From Isurus oxyrinchus (lineage: Eukaryota): a DNA stretch of 64,000 nucleotides. Shown here one piece after another: positions 24,011 through 36,199 of this stretch; the first letter of the stretch is position 1; every line of letters begins with the position of its first letter. Made by a program: the position numbers and the translations under genes. The notes beneath the pieces are model-generated. The model was given only the letters and a program-made list of their open reading frames with translations, ran no database searches and was not told the origin of the DNA. The stretch lies in NCBI GenBank assembly GCA_026770705.1, contig JANJGN010000047.1:4216001-4280000 (forward strand). Reading direction: 5' to 3'.

Positions 24011-24101
24011 GTAAAATACATCGACAAATCGAGGATCCGACGTCCCACGCATGTGACTAACTGTGTGATATCTGAGGGAACGACCTTAAGTTTTCAATAA
24101 A
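24011..24101 (+). CDS. Candidate alternative or ancestral last exon with poly(A) signal
   Basis: catctttcag|GT AAA...GAC TAA (GKIHRQIEDPTSHACD*, stop ends at 24060); phase matches the 23679 donor; AATAAA at 24096-24101. Confidence 0.45.
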
Positions 24102-24999
24102 TATATCCATCTGGAAGATGCTTAACTTTCCGACATAAACATGTTTTGAGAAAAAAAAACAAACGTTACCTTGTGTGGAGACATCTAGATTCGTTTCTTA
24201 AATCTATAAATTATCTTAAAAAATATAAATACTGCCTAATGAGAATTGTAGGACAAAGGATTTTTTTCGAGCATTTTCATGTATATAATTAAACTGTAGC
24301 ACACTCCGCTGTATCGACAATACAACCCATCAAGAGAATTGAAGAACCAATGACTATCATTAAAAGTTTATTTTCAGCTCCATTTTGTAATAGTTTTTTC
24401 TTTCCAAATGCCTTACAAATGAAGGGTTGGAACAGGGAAATAAATGAAATATCTGTTTTACATCCATTTGGTGTGCTTTCTCTCTAGACTGCCACATACG
24501 TCGGACACAGAGAGTTGCATTCTCATAGCAGCTCAAAACAGCACGATGTTGCTTGACAGCACAACATATAACTCTCGGGTTATCGAGTCTGGAGGGAGGA
24601 AAACATTCAGAATTCAATATGTCTCCAATACTTTACTTTTATAACATAACTGCTCAGTTGTCCATCAGTGGAGCTCAGATCTAACTGACTCAGGAGAAAC
24701 AATTCACCGTGCACTATCCCCCAGCAGCTCTTATTTTAGTTCCATGAGGTTGGCGATTGTATCAGGCATGACCACATGCAGAGGGCCACCATTATAACAA
24801 ATACAGCACAAAATAGAGACAAAATGTTCAAATAATGACATAACATAGACTGTTAGAGAAACAGTGCTCATGTTTCCTGTCTGTGAAAGGGTCATGGGCC
24901 GGATTGATAAAATAAACCCTCAGCTCTAGTACTCTGTGTTCTGTCCCTGTGAACTTGCTGTGCTATGTACGCTCAGGGAAAAAAAAATCTTCCTTCTCT

Positions 25000-25700
25000 G
25001 AAAGGCTGGTGGAAACATAATCGCGCTTAATGTTTGTTGCCAATCTTCCAGCTGGTAGAACCGAATCACCAGCTGTTTGGAATTTTGTCCTGTCTTCACC
25101 TGTAGCGAGACACCAACAGTTGACATCAAGCCATCCTTCCCCAGACACTCTCGGGACACCATGGATGCTGGAGTTATGCACACAGGAAACTAATTCCCCC
25201 TCACGCCATAGTCTACTCGAGCATATTCTACATCCTTCTGAATTCCCATAACACTCAAGACACTCAAGAACATCCAGTATTAAAGCCGCCCGCTTGACTG
25301 CTGCACCACCCGCCATCTACGGCCTTAAATAAATCATTCCTTCTCCCTTTGACAATGGTAGCAGTGTGTACCATTTCAAAGATATACTGCAAATACTGAA
25401 TACGATTATTTTGGCAAAACTTCCACACACACGAGCTCTCCAACATAGAAGGACAAGGGCAGCAGGCGCATGGAAGCGATGCTACCTGCAATTTCCCATT
25501 CAAATCTCACACACCGTATGGACTTGGAAGTATATTGTCGTTCTTTTACTGCCGATGCACAAAAATCCTGGAAATCCCACCGAACCGCACAGAGAATGTA
25601 TCTACACCACAGGAATCTGGCTCCCACCATAAATATCAGGGCAATTGGCAATGGGTAGGGTATAGTGGCATAGCTAGTGATGCAACATCACGCAAATGCC
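25000..25700 (+). mobile_element. LINE 3' fragment, same family as 15700/21915, sense orientation
   Basis: agaaggacaagggcagcaggcgcatggaa...cttggaagtatattgtcgttctttt...agggcaattggcaatggg. Confidence 0.6.
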
Positions 25701-25714
25701 TTTATAAAAATGGT

Positions 25715-25875
25715 GCAGCTGTCTGACACATCATTCCCACTTCTTGCTATCACTAATATTTTGAAAGTCATTTACAATTCTCTTCAGACTATACGCAACA
25801 TGTTTAACCATTTCCAGTATCCTGGCCTTCACTAATTCTGTTTCACAATGGACATCCAGTTCCCCTACAACAACT
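25715..25875 (+). mobile_element. Penelope-like RT fragment
   Basis: tttaaccatttccagtatcctggc...ctgtttcacaatggacatccagttcccctac encodes FNHFQYPG...FTMDIQ, resembling RT motif A. Confidence 0.6.
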
Positions 25876-26039
25876 TGGACATGCCACTACATCTGTATCA
25901 CCGTTCATTCCATGTTGTTGTTTTAGGGTCCTGGAATTCCCTTCCTTACAACTCTATAATTAAAGGGCAATTAGGAATCAGCAACAAAATCTGAATTTAC
26001 CACCACTCCCGCATACCACAAAAGAATAAAAACGTGATG

Positions 26040-26805
26040 CATCCTTCCCTCAGCAGAACAGCCAATTCCCATAGAACTCTATCTTCACCAGGTGTCCCAA
26101 TCCCTCTAAGCCTCATGCATCACGACAACATTCAGTCCCCCTGCAAATCCAATCATCAGCAGGGCATCCAGTTCTTCTACACACACATACCTCAGCAATA
26201 CAATTGGTCCCTCTGAACATATATTGTTCAACAAGAAATCCAGTTTCACTATGCCAACATCCCGCACAACGACATTCAGTCCTTCTTTAACTCCATCACT
26301 CGCCACGTCTTGTAGTCCCTCTGCATAACATTCCCTCAATGGATATCTTGTTCCTCTTCAACTAAATGCCGCAGCAGGAAATCAAATTCCTCCACATCTC
26401 CATCCCTCAGCCTGGCACACAATCTTTCCAACTTTCCATGCCTCACGAGGAAATTCAATCCCTCTCCACCTTCGTCTACCAACAGGGTATTCATAACCTC
26501 TACCCCTTCATCTTCACCAGGAAAACCAATCTCTCTTCACCTCCATCCCGCAATATGACCGGCAGTCACTCCTCACCTCCATCCATCACAGGGCATGCAG
26601 TAATTTCGCATATCGGACACTCAACAGCATGCATTTTCCCTCTACACATTCATCCCTCAGCCTGGCACACAGTAAGACTGTATTCCCATTACTCAGCCGG
26701 ACATCCAGCTTGTCCAGGCCACCTCACTCACCCCTGGCATCCGGTACCTCTACACGTCTCCCTCCGTGGGCATCCAGTCCTTCTACACTTTCATCCCTCC
26801 CCAGT
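26040..26805. repeat. Degenerate ~36-bp minisatellite, about 20 copies (consensus gacatccagtccctctacacctccatccctcagcag)
   Basis: Recurrent catccagtc/catccctcagc at ~36-bp spacing; ORFs 26034 and 26366 show a 12-aa periodicity (QGIQFFYTHIPQ, QEIKFLHISIPQ, EEIQSLSTFVYQ). Confidence 0.8.
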
Positions 26806-26809
26806 GATG

Positions 26810-28320
26810 TTAAGTGACAATGACATGGTTAATTTTTCATGAGGACAGAGAATGATGTATATGGGTATGAAACAAGGGTCCTGAAACGTAATGGAGAAGG
26901 TTGCGATGGTTTGGGGTGCGGCCTGTCTTTGCTGGATTTGGAAATGTTGTTTGGAGGGATGACGGTGGATGGGCAGTGACGGATATTTGGGGGGCGCTTT
27001 GTGGCTTCAACACTTGTTTGTTCATGTCTGGCGCAAGGGGAAGATAGCAATGGTGTCTGATCCATGGCCTACAGGGGAAATTGGGGATAGTGTTGGATCC
27101 AAGGAAGCGGCAGACAAGTTGGAGGGGAAAAAGGGAAAGACATGAGGATTGGGAGCACTTTAGAGTTCATCAGGGGAAGACCAGGGGATTGATTAAGTGG
27201 CGAGGGTGGAGAGTGCGAGTAGACTTGCGGGAAAATATCAACTGACTGTTAACGCTTCTATAGAATGTGAGGAGGGAAGGGTTGGTGGATACATGTGCGG
27301 GTCTCTTAGAGTCAGAAACAGGTGATTTATGATTGAGAACGAAGGGGTGGCTGACCAACTAGATGGATACTTTTGGTCTGACTTCACAAAGGAGGACGTG
27401 GGTGACGTGCCAGAAATGTTGGGGAACAGGGTCTAGAGTGTAAGGGCGGAGCTGTAAGGAATCAGTATGGGCACAGAAATGGTGTTGGAGGGATTGATGG
27501 GATTGAGGGTCAGTGGAATCCTGGGGCCTGATTGTCTACGTCCCAGTGTACTTGGGGAGGTCGCCCTTTAAGTGGTGGATGCACTGGTGGTCATATTCTG
27601 AGATTCTATAGAGTCGGGTAAAGTTCCTGCGGGTTGGAGTTTAACTAACGGAACGTCAAAATTTGGAAGGGCAGTTAGAGAGAACGCAGGGAGTTGTTGA
27701 CCAGTCGGGCTGACATCGGTGGTGTGGAGAGTTCAGGAGTTAAATTTGGGATATTTGGTAGGTGAGCCCTTGGGAAGCAGTGGCAGAATCGGACAGAGTC
27801 AGAGACGGACAGAAGACTGGTTGGCAGGCAAGAATTAGGGAGCGGTCATGAGCAGGTCTTTTACCGAATGGCAGGCAGTGAATAGAGCAGTGCTGCGGGG
27901 GTCGTTGCTGCCATCCAGGTTATTCAGGGTGTGTGTCAATGGTTTTGATGAGGGAGCTGGGTGTGGTGTCTCCGAATTTGCAGATGACATGGTTCTGGTT
28001 GGGAGGGTGAGCTGTGTGGAGGATGCGGAGATGCTTTGGTGTGATTTGGACAGGGTGAGTGGGTGGGCTGCTGCATGCCAGAAGCAGTGTGCTGGGGACG
28101 GATGTGAGTTTGTCCACTCTGGTCGCAGGGATGGGAGGGCAGATCGTTATCTGAATGGCTTTGAATTGAGTGAGGGGAGTGGGCAAAGAGGTATGGGGAC
28201 CGGCCACTGAGGGTAAGCATGCTAGTGCAGTGGTCAATGGGGGAGGCGGATGGTGTGTTGGCCTTCGTAGCTGGAAGATTCGAGTAAAGGAGGGGGGGAT
28301 GTATTGCTGCAAATATACAG
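26810..28320 (+). mobile_element. CR1-type LINE ORF2 fragment, strongly G-enriched (A-to-G hypermutated), internally deleted
   Basis: ORF 27848 contains the RT motif SEFADD...DLDRVSGWA; collinear with the copy at 34200-35420. Confidence 0.88.
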
Positions 28321-28774
28321 ATTATCAAATTTCATATCCGAGTGTCACAAAGACTGCTCATCATAACAAGGAGACACAGGAAAGGCACATTCTGGGGAGT
28401 TAATTTATACTAGTGAAGTAGAAGGGATTAACACACTTGCCCAGGCTCTGCAAGTCCATTTCCCAAACTCCCAAACTCTGCCCATACGTATTGTTGAACC
28501 CCAGAATGCAGATTAGAAGTGGACACAGCCTGTTGATTGTGTTTACCTTGACGGGCAGCCTCTGGAGGTACCCAGCCTGCTGTCGTGGTCCTAAAATGTG
28601 GAAGAGGTACCCTCCTCGGCATGTGGAGTTGGGGCTGCTGAGGTCACTGGAAGGGGGACTCGGAGAGGACAGGTACGCGTGGAGCCAATGGATTGTATAG
28701 ACATGGTGATGTGCATTGTGGGATTATCCTGCATATTGGTGCCTGAAAGTCCTTGTCTGAGTCATTGGCAGCGT

Positions 28775-29262
28775 GTGTGAGATAATGTGTATGTATGTGC
28801 CTGTGTGTGCATGTGTGTGTCTGTTCATTTGTGTCTTCATGAATCTGTATGTGTAAGAGAGAGGGAGAGACGTGTGTGTTTATTCCTGTATATTTCTGTG
28901 TGTGAAAACGGATGTTTATCTTAAAATTTCTGCGAATGTGGAAATTCACGTGTGTTTATGTTCCTGATATATGTGTATTGCTGTTATTGTGTGCACGTGT
29001 GCTTTTCTGTGTGTTTGTGTGTCAGGGAGTACTTGTGAGATTTTGTGCGTGTGCTTGAGTATCTCTGCTTGTGAGAGTAATTATGTGAGCAGGTGTGAAT
29101 CATTTTTTGTTTGCCTATGTGTATTCATATGTGTGTCTGCGCATTTGCACGCTTGTGTGATTTTGTGTGTGTGTGTGCGTGTTGTGTCTGTGTGTGTATT
29201 TCTGTGTGTTTGTGTGAGTGAGTGTTTCTTTGCACATGTGTGTGTGTGTGAGAGAGAGAGAT
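28775..29262. repeat. Degenerate (TG)n low-complexity tract ending in (GA)n
   Basis: Directly visible dinucleotide runs. Confidence 0.9.
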
Positions 29263-29679
29263 AGGGTGAGAGGTTATGTGAAACATAGGAACATAGAAAT
29301 ATAGAAATTGGAGCAGGAGTAGGCCATTGGGCCCTTCGACACTGCTCCATCATTCATTATGATCATTGCTGATCATCCAGCTCAATATCCTGCTCCAGCT
29401 TTTTTCCAACATCCTTTGATCCATTTCACCCCAAAAGCTATATCAACTCTTCCCTTAAAACATGCAATGTTTTGGCCTGTACTAATTCATTTGGCAACGA
29501 ACTCCAAAGGCTCAAGAACGATAGAGGTGTTGAAAACACAGCTTGACAAATACATGAATAGGACGGCAATAGAGGGATACAGACCCTGGAAGTGCAAAAT
29601 GTTTTAGTTGGTGGTCAATAGGATCGACGCAGGCTTGGAGCCAGAAGGGCCTGTTCGTGTGCTGTACTTTTCTTTGTAC

Positions 29680-30900
29680 TATGACATCCATTCCGTCTAC
29701 CTCTCCAGACCACGCCGGAACAACCAATCTTTCTGCAAGTACATCGCTCACCAATGCACTAAGTCGCTCCACAACTCTATCACTGAGTTGGAAATCCATG
29801 CCTTCTAACACCTCAGCTTCTGTTAAGGACAGCCTGGCATGGCACCCACTACCACCATCCCTCAGGTTTACGTTCAAATCCAGTGCAGCACAATACTTGG
29901 AAAAGCCATTTTGACAGAGAACACTTCTGTCTCTTCTCAGAATGGGTAGTCTTGATCTCTCCCTCATCCCTATTAATTATTATTCACCAAGATTACAAGT
30001 GGATTTTTAGCCTCCTACGTTACTGGGCATTCTGTGGATTGCTTCATCGCTGACCCCTTCCACGCTTTCCAAACGACCCATCTTTTTCATTCATATACGT
30101 CAGTTCAAATAATTGCCTTGTAACAGCAACAATCTTCATCTGTCGAAACTTAACTCTTATTGGAAAAATCATCTTTGCATCTACAGCATTTCTCCAATAA
30201 AAGCACAATAATTACATTAAATCCTTAAGAGTCCTAGCTATCCCTTTGTTTATGTGAAGGGAACATTATTTCTGATATTTTAACTGCAATGTTATTCTGC
30301 CTTTAGTTTACTGGTGTTGACTTGGAATAGACCACCTATCTATTATATAAAATAATTCAATTGCTGTCCTCCCTATGCATGACTTATCTGTGAGGCCTCC
30401 CGCTTCCTCCCTCGACTTCCTATTTCCATTTGTGGGGATAGACTGTTTACAATACGTATAACAATGCTGCTGTCATGCACACCAATCTTTATCATTATTC
30501 CTGCCATTCTGCTTCCTGTAATTTCTCAGCTGATTTTTCATATTCCTCCGCCTTCATCACATCTGTATTAATTGGGCCACGTTCCACAACACTACTTTAG
30601 AAATTATTTCCTCCATGCTCTGCCCATAAGTCGGCTTCATTGGGGCACACAGGGATCTCGATCATGACGGTCCCATATCCTGCACTTCCGCCCTCGACCT
30701 GCTCCTCTGCATCAGCATCATGCTAGACTCCCATCTATACCTACTTTCCACAACCCTAAAGATCAATTATTTTACTGTGTTTGCAACTGGCACCTACTAC
30801 GTCACCAAATGCACTTTCTTCATCACCTGGTCTCTTTCGCTAATCATACGTAGACCGTTTTTCCTCTGGAAATCAGCTTTATTTTCGTATGAAACGGCAG
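29680..30900 (+). mobile_element. Decayed Penelope-like element N-terminal/central fragment
   Basis: C/T-rich sequence resembling 37700-38350; tentative. Confidence 0.4.
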
Positions 30901-31194
30901 AGCCCCCCCTTAGAGGGATAATAAATTTCACCCACAAGCGTTACATACAGAACACTCTTACCCTGTTGTCTTTCATTTTTCAGGGCCACAACAAATCCAT
31001 CCTTGTGAAGTCATGTTGGTGTACTGCTTCTGCTTTCCTATACTGGATTCATTGAACATGCGGATATTGCCACAACTCACTAATGAGTCATTTTGTATCA
31101 AAGTTAGACGTTGTACTGATCTGTCACTCAGCAACGCGGCAAATTATGTATGGAATTTAAAAGCAATTTTGTGCAGTCAGTGGAGGCCTGTAAT

Positions 31195-31380
31195 AAGTAC
31201 ACAACATGTTGGAAAAGCTCAGCAGGACTGGCAGCTTCCGTGGAGAGAGAAAAAGAGTTAACCTTGCCAGTCCAATATGTTTCCTCTTTGGAATTCAGAG
31301 TTCCAAAAAAACTGAGTTCTTATTATCTGAACTGATGCTGCCAGGCATACGGGATCTATTCAAACATGTTCTGTTTTTTA
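31195..31380. mobile_element. Old, degenerate inverted pair of Penelope-like 3' ends
   Basis: ggaaaagctcagcaggactggcagc...gagttaac is mirrored by gatgctgccaggc...ttctgttttt. Confidence 0.6.
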
Positions 31381-32042
31381 AATGAAGGAAGCATCTTGTT
31401 ATCTGTTCTAGTGTGCCCTCTACTTGGTCGCTGTATTGCAAGGTACAAACTAATGTTTGATATGAAGTAAGAACTATGAACATAACTGGCTTGCAAGGGT
31501 TCCTGAGACACGCTAAAGCATTAAAACAAATTGAACTGAGCTGCTATGTATGTCAAATTGCAGGAGTCACTCAAGGGGCATATTTTGTTTATAAGCTACA
31601 TCCTTTTTTGGAAAACTGAAATATAGAATAGTTTCCATGATCTGTAATCCACATTGCCACAGTAATTATAATGTGTTCTTTCCTTTCCCTACTACTACCT
31701 GTTTGTGATTGACGTTTTCCAGCTCCGATATAAAATCTGCAGTGACATGGCTACAAGGAAAGAAACGCTGCGAACTGATTATTGAATGGCATTGAACAAT
31801 CAGGTAGAACAGGTAGATGTTGTGGATAGCACAGTTAATAAAACAGTATTGATACTGTAGTGACAGATAACCTTGGATCCGAAGATAAATGCATGGAATT
31901 AACTTAGGTGGAATTAGCAAACAGCAAGCTCCAAAAACAATGCATGAAACAGCAACTGCAAAGTAAAGCATAAAATAATTCAGGAAAATTTTAGTGCGTG
32001 TAACAATAATACTACCATAATCACGGAAGCACGGCATCGGAA

Positions 32043-33435
32043 TCACAGCATCTCAGCGCAGAACAGGCCATTCGGCCCATCGAGTCTGCAACGACACGAG
32101 ATTACAACCAGACCTAACAACCTATTTCCATTTCCCAGAACGTGGCCCATAGCCTTAAATGTTATGACGTGCCAAATGCTCATCCTTGTATTTTTTAAAG
32201 TATGTGAGGCAACATGCCACCACCACCCTTCCAGACAGTGCATTACAGACCGTTACCACCCTCTGGTAAAAAAAAAAGTTTTCCTCACATCCCCCCTAAA
32301 CCTCCTATCCCTCACCTTAAAGTATGCCCCCTTGAGAGGTCAAATATGGGGATCATCTATTCCCTATCCAACCTGCCCATGTCCCTCATAATCCTGTAAA
32401 CCTCGATCATGTCGTCCCTCAGTCTTCTCAGCTCCAACAAAAACAACCCAAATCTATTCAAACTCTCTACAGAGCTTAACTGTTTCATCCCAGGCAACAT
32501 CCTGGTGAATCCCCTTTGCACCATCTCCAGTGTAAACACATCCTTCCTTTCATGTAGCGAGTAGGGTTGCACACATTACTCCAGCTGTGGTCTCAATAAT
32601 GGTCTATAAAGCTCCAACATGTCCTCCCTCCTTTTCTAATCTGTGCCTTGTTTTATAAAGGCAAGTCTCCAATAAGCCTTTCTCACAGTCCCACCAACGT
32701 GCCCCTCTGCCTCCAGGGAACTATGGACACACACGCCAAGTTTCCTTTGTTCCTCAGAACATCCAAGTGACATTCTGTTCATTGAATACTTCCTTGACAA
32801 AGTCATCTTTCCAATATATATCACCTCACACTTTTCATGGTTAAATTCCATCTGTTTCTTATTTGCCCACTTGACCTTCCCATCTATATCTTCCTGATCC
32901 ACAAGACACTGAAACTCACTGCTAACTACCCAGCGAATCTTTGTGTCATACGCAAAATTACTAATCATAACCCCCGCATAGTCAAATATGTCATTTATAT
33001 GATTGACAAAAATGGTGGACCGAGCACAGATCCCTCTGGTACGCCACTGGATGGACCGGGTTTCCAGCCACTAAAGCATCCTTCTGTCATCACGCTCTAC
33101 CTCCTTCACTTTAAGCAATTTTGAATTCACCTTGTCAAATAACCCTGAATCCCATGTGCAGTTGCATTCTTTATAAGTCTCCAATGTGGGACCTTGTCAC
33201 AAGCTTTGCTGAAATCCATTTAAGCTACGTCAACTGCACCATCATCTACACATCTGGTCACCTCCTCAAAAAAACTGAATCAAACTTGTTAGGCATGACC
33301 TCACTCTGACAAAGCCATGCTGACTATCACTGAGCAAAACTTGCCTTTCCAAGTGGAGAGAGAGACTCTCCTTCAGAACTTTTTCAAATTTTCCCTATAA
33401 CTGACCTGAGACTCACTGGACTGTTCTTCCCTGGC
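32043..33435 (-). mobile_element. CR1-type LINE, 3' end plus RT
   Basis: Minus ORFs ISNFAYDTKI...QMEFNHEKCEVI and LEMVQRGFTRMLPG; 3' end ggccattcggcccatcgagtctgc. Confidence 0.9.
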
Positions 33436-33439
33436 TTAT

Positions 33440-35935
33440 ATCAGTAATCATGAGGATGTTCAAGGTACAATAAACTGGGAAATACTAATCAGTACTAATG
33501 TTGTGTAGGTATATATATTGGGGTGCATGTAAGATTGTTTCCTGAAGTTGCATCTTGAAGAACCAACTCGACAACTGGCAATTTTAGATCTAGTATTTTG
33601 CAATCAATGGACAGAATTAATTTTTTTGTTGCAAACTACCCATTAGGAAAGAGAGACCATAAATTGCTAAAAAAAAAACCCCAAGTATTCATTCACAACA
33701 TGTTTTCGTTCAATGGGATATTGATCTAAAAGTCAAATGTGAGGGCAGGATCTTCAAGTTGACTTTCTTCTGGCAAAGCTTCGTTAAAAGGCATGATTGT
33801 AGACAGTCAATAGCTAAAACGTAAGGAAGGCGTGCATAATTTACTACAAAAATACATTAATTTAATGCAATAAGGCCAAGCAAGGAACGTGTCTCAGCCA
33901 TGGCTAATTTATTAAATATAGGATTACATTGGATCAAAGGAAGAAGTGTACAAATTTGCAAAAAATAGTAAGCCTGAGAATTGGAAGCATTTTAAATTCA
34001 GCTACGATAAATCAAAAAGAGAGAGAATCTTCACAGAAACACAGAATACCACAGTGCAGAAGAGGCCATTCGGCCCATCGAATCCGCACTGGCACGTGAG
34101 AAACACCTGAATTAATTAAGGGGAAAAGAATATAAGGCTAAACTAGCGTCAAATGTTAAAATATGGACTGTTAAATATCCTATAGGCAAGCAGAAAGGAA
34201 AATACTTGTGAATAAACGTCAAATATGTGCCCATTACCAGGGGATTATTGATAACTTATAACGCAGAATAAGGAAATGGCCGGGAAGCTATATAAATATC
34301 TTATGCATGTCTTTATGGTGGAAAATGCTAACACCTCTCAAAAACACTGGAGGAGCAGGGGACTACTCTAAGCGAGGAAATTCATGATATTAATATTCAT
34401 CTTGAAAATAACACTGGAGAAATTACAGGCCCTTAAATCTAATGGTTCCCTTTGAGGTGAAGGTCTGCATCCAGATAAATTGAAAAATGTAGCTTAGAGA
34501 TAGGAGATGCAATGGCGATCATCGTTCAAATTTGATAGATTCTGGAATGTATTCTGCTGATCGGAATGTGGTGAATGTAACCAAGTTATTTATGAAAATT
34601 AGGAGAGAGCAAATAATGAACAAGAGGTGTTAGCCTGACATCAGCAGTAAGGAAAATTCTAGTATACCTAACGGAGAATGTGAACATTATACACCGAGGA
34701 AATAATTGGAGGGTTACCCCGAGTCAACATGGATTTGAAACAGGGAAATCGCGATTAATACATTTGTTGGAATTTTCTGAGAATGTGCTCAAGCAGAACA
34801 GTTCACGATGAAACTCTGCAAGTGGTATGTTTAAAATTTCAGGAGGCTTTAGTAAGTTCCTACACGCGAAGCTGGTAAGCAACATTAGATGCATGAAATT
34901 GCGGGAGTGGGGCGATGGTGGGGGTTGGAGGGGGTGTGATGTTAAAGCCTGCATTGTGAACTGTTTAAGAGTCAGAAAACAGAGACCAGGAATCATTAAA
35001 TATTTTCAGGTCGACAGGCTGTGACTAATTTGGAATTGCAAGGTTAATTCCCTGGGATTCACTTATTTACAATCTATATCAATGATTCGGATCTGGGGAT
35101 TAAAGGTAATATTTCCAAAATTACAGATGACAAAAAAAACAAGGTAGGAGTCACAACTTTGAGACGGATGCAAGGAGGTTTGCAGAAGCTAAGCGAGTGG
35201 GTGCAGGTTCGGCACATGGAATACCATGTGCAGAGATAAGAGGTTATCCACCTTCGTCAAAAAAAAGAGAAATACCGAGTGTTTCTAAAATGTCCAGAGA
35301 GCGGGAAATGTGGCATTGGGTATACTTGTTCATGAGTCACTGAAAGCTAACATGGAGGCACAGCCAGCAGTTAAGAAGCTAAATAGCATATTGGCTTTTG
35401 AATGAAAAAAATTGAGTGCAAGGTAAAATATTTCTTTATGCAATTTGATCGTTATATTTGCAGAATGGGGATGGCAACGAAGTTTCACCAAATTAATTAA
35501 TTAAATGGAGGGATTGTCATATGAGGAATTATTAAATAAAAATACATTTAATATCCAGAGTTTAGATCGCATTGAAACAAGAAAAAAATCTAATAATGTT
35601 AGCCAAGGCTGATGCTGGAAGGACTTTTCACCTGGATCACGAGTCGAGAAACAAGGGAGGCGTTACCTCAATTAAGAACAGGCCATTTAGGACAGGGATG
35701 AGGACGCAGTTCTGAAAGGAGAGTATGTACAATCTTTAGAAATCTCTGGTCCAGGGGGCTGTGGAGGCTCAGTCATTGCTTATTCAAAGGCCGATGTCAA
35801 TAGTTTTCTAAAGTTAATCAAGGGTTACGAGAAAATGCAGGAAAATCATGTTAAATGTGAATATCACCAACTATTTCATTGGTTGGCGGGAGGTCCCGAA
35901 GGTCTGAATGGCTTAATCCTTCTCCTATTTCTACC
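33440..35935 (+). mobile_element. Decayed CR1-type LINE ORF2 through 3' end (small opposite-strand LINE end inserted at ~34035-34110)
   Basis: ttagatctagtattttgcaat (endonuclease end), caacatggattt...gggaaatc, aatatttccaaaattacagatgac (SKFADD-like), ctgaatggcttaatccttctcctattt 3' end. Confidence 0.85.
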
Positions 35936-36199
35936 TTCAGGGCAGATATGACAGCTCAGTACTGGGACATCAATGAGGTTATATATATCATCACAACAGC
36001 AGAACAGTATTCATCCACATTGTTTCAACATGCAGCCTCGAAATCTACTTCACTCTACCAATCGTTCAAAGGAAAATGTTCCTGATTCAATGATGAGAAC
36101 AGGACATGAGTCATGAGCAGCCACGTACACCTAAAATGGAGCTGCCAACACGTTGAAGTGACAACACATGTCTCATTGCATGCTGAATTGTGGAATCAG

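Noticed and set aside
28971-29353. Cys/Val-rich and Thr/His-rich ORFs (also at 40393-40736 and 54102-54510)
   Set aside because: Microsatellite translations.
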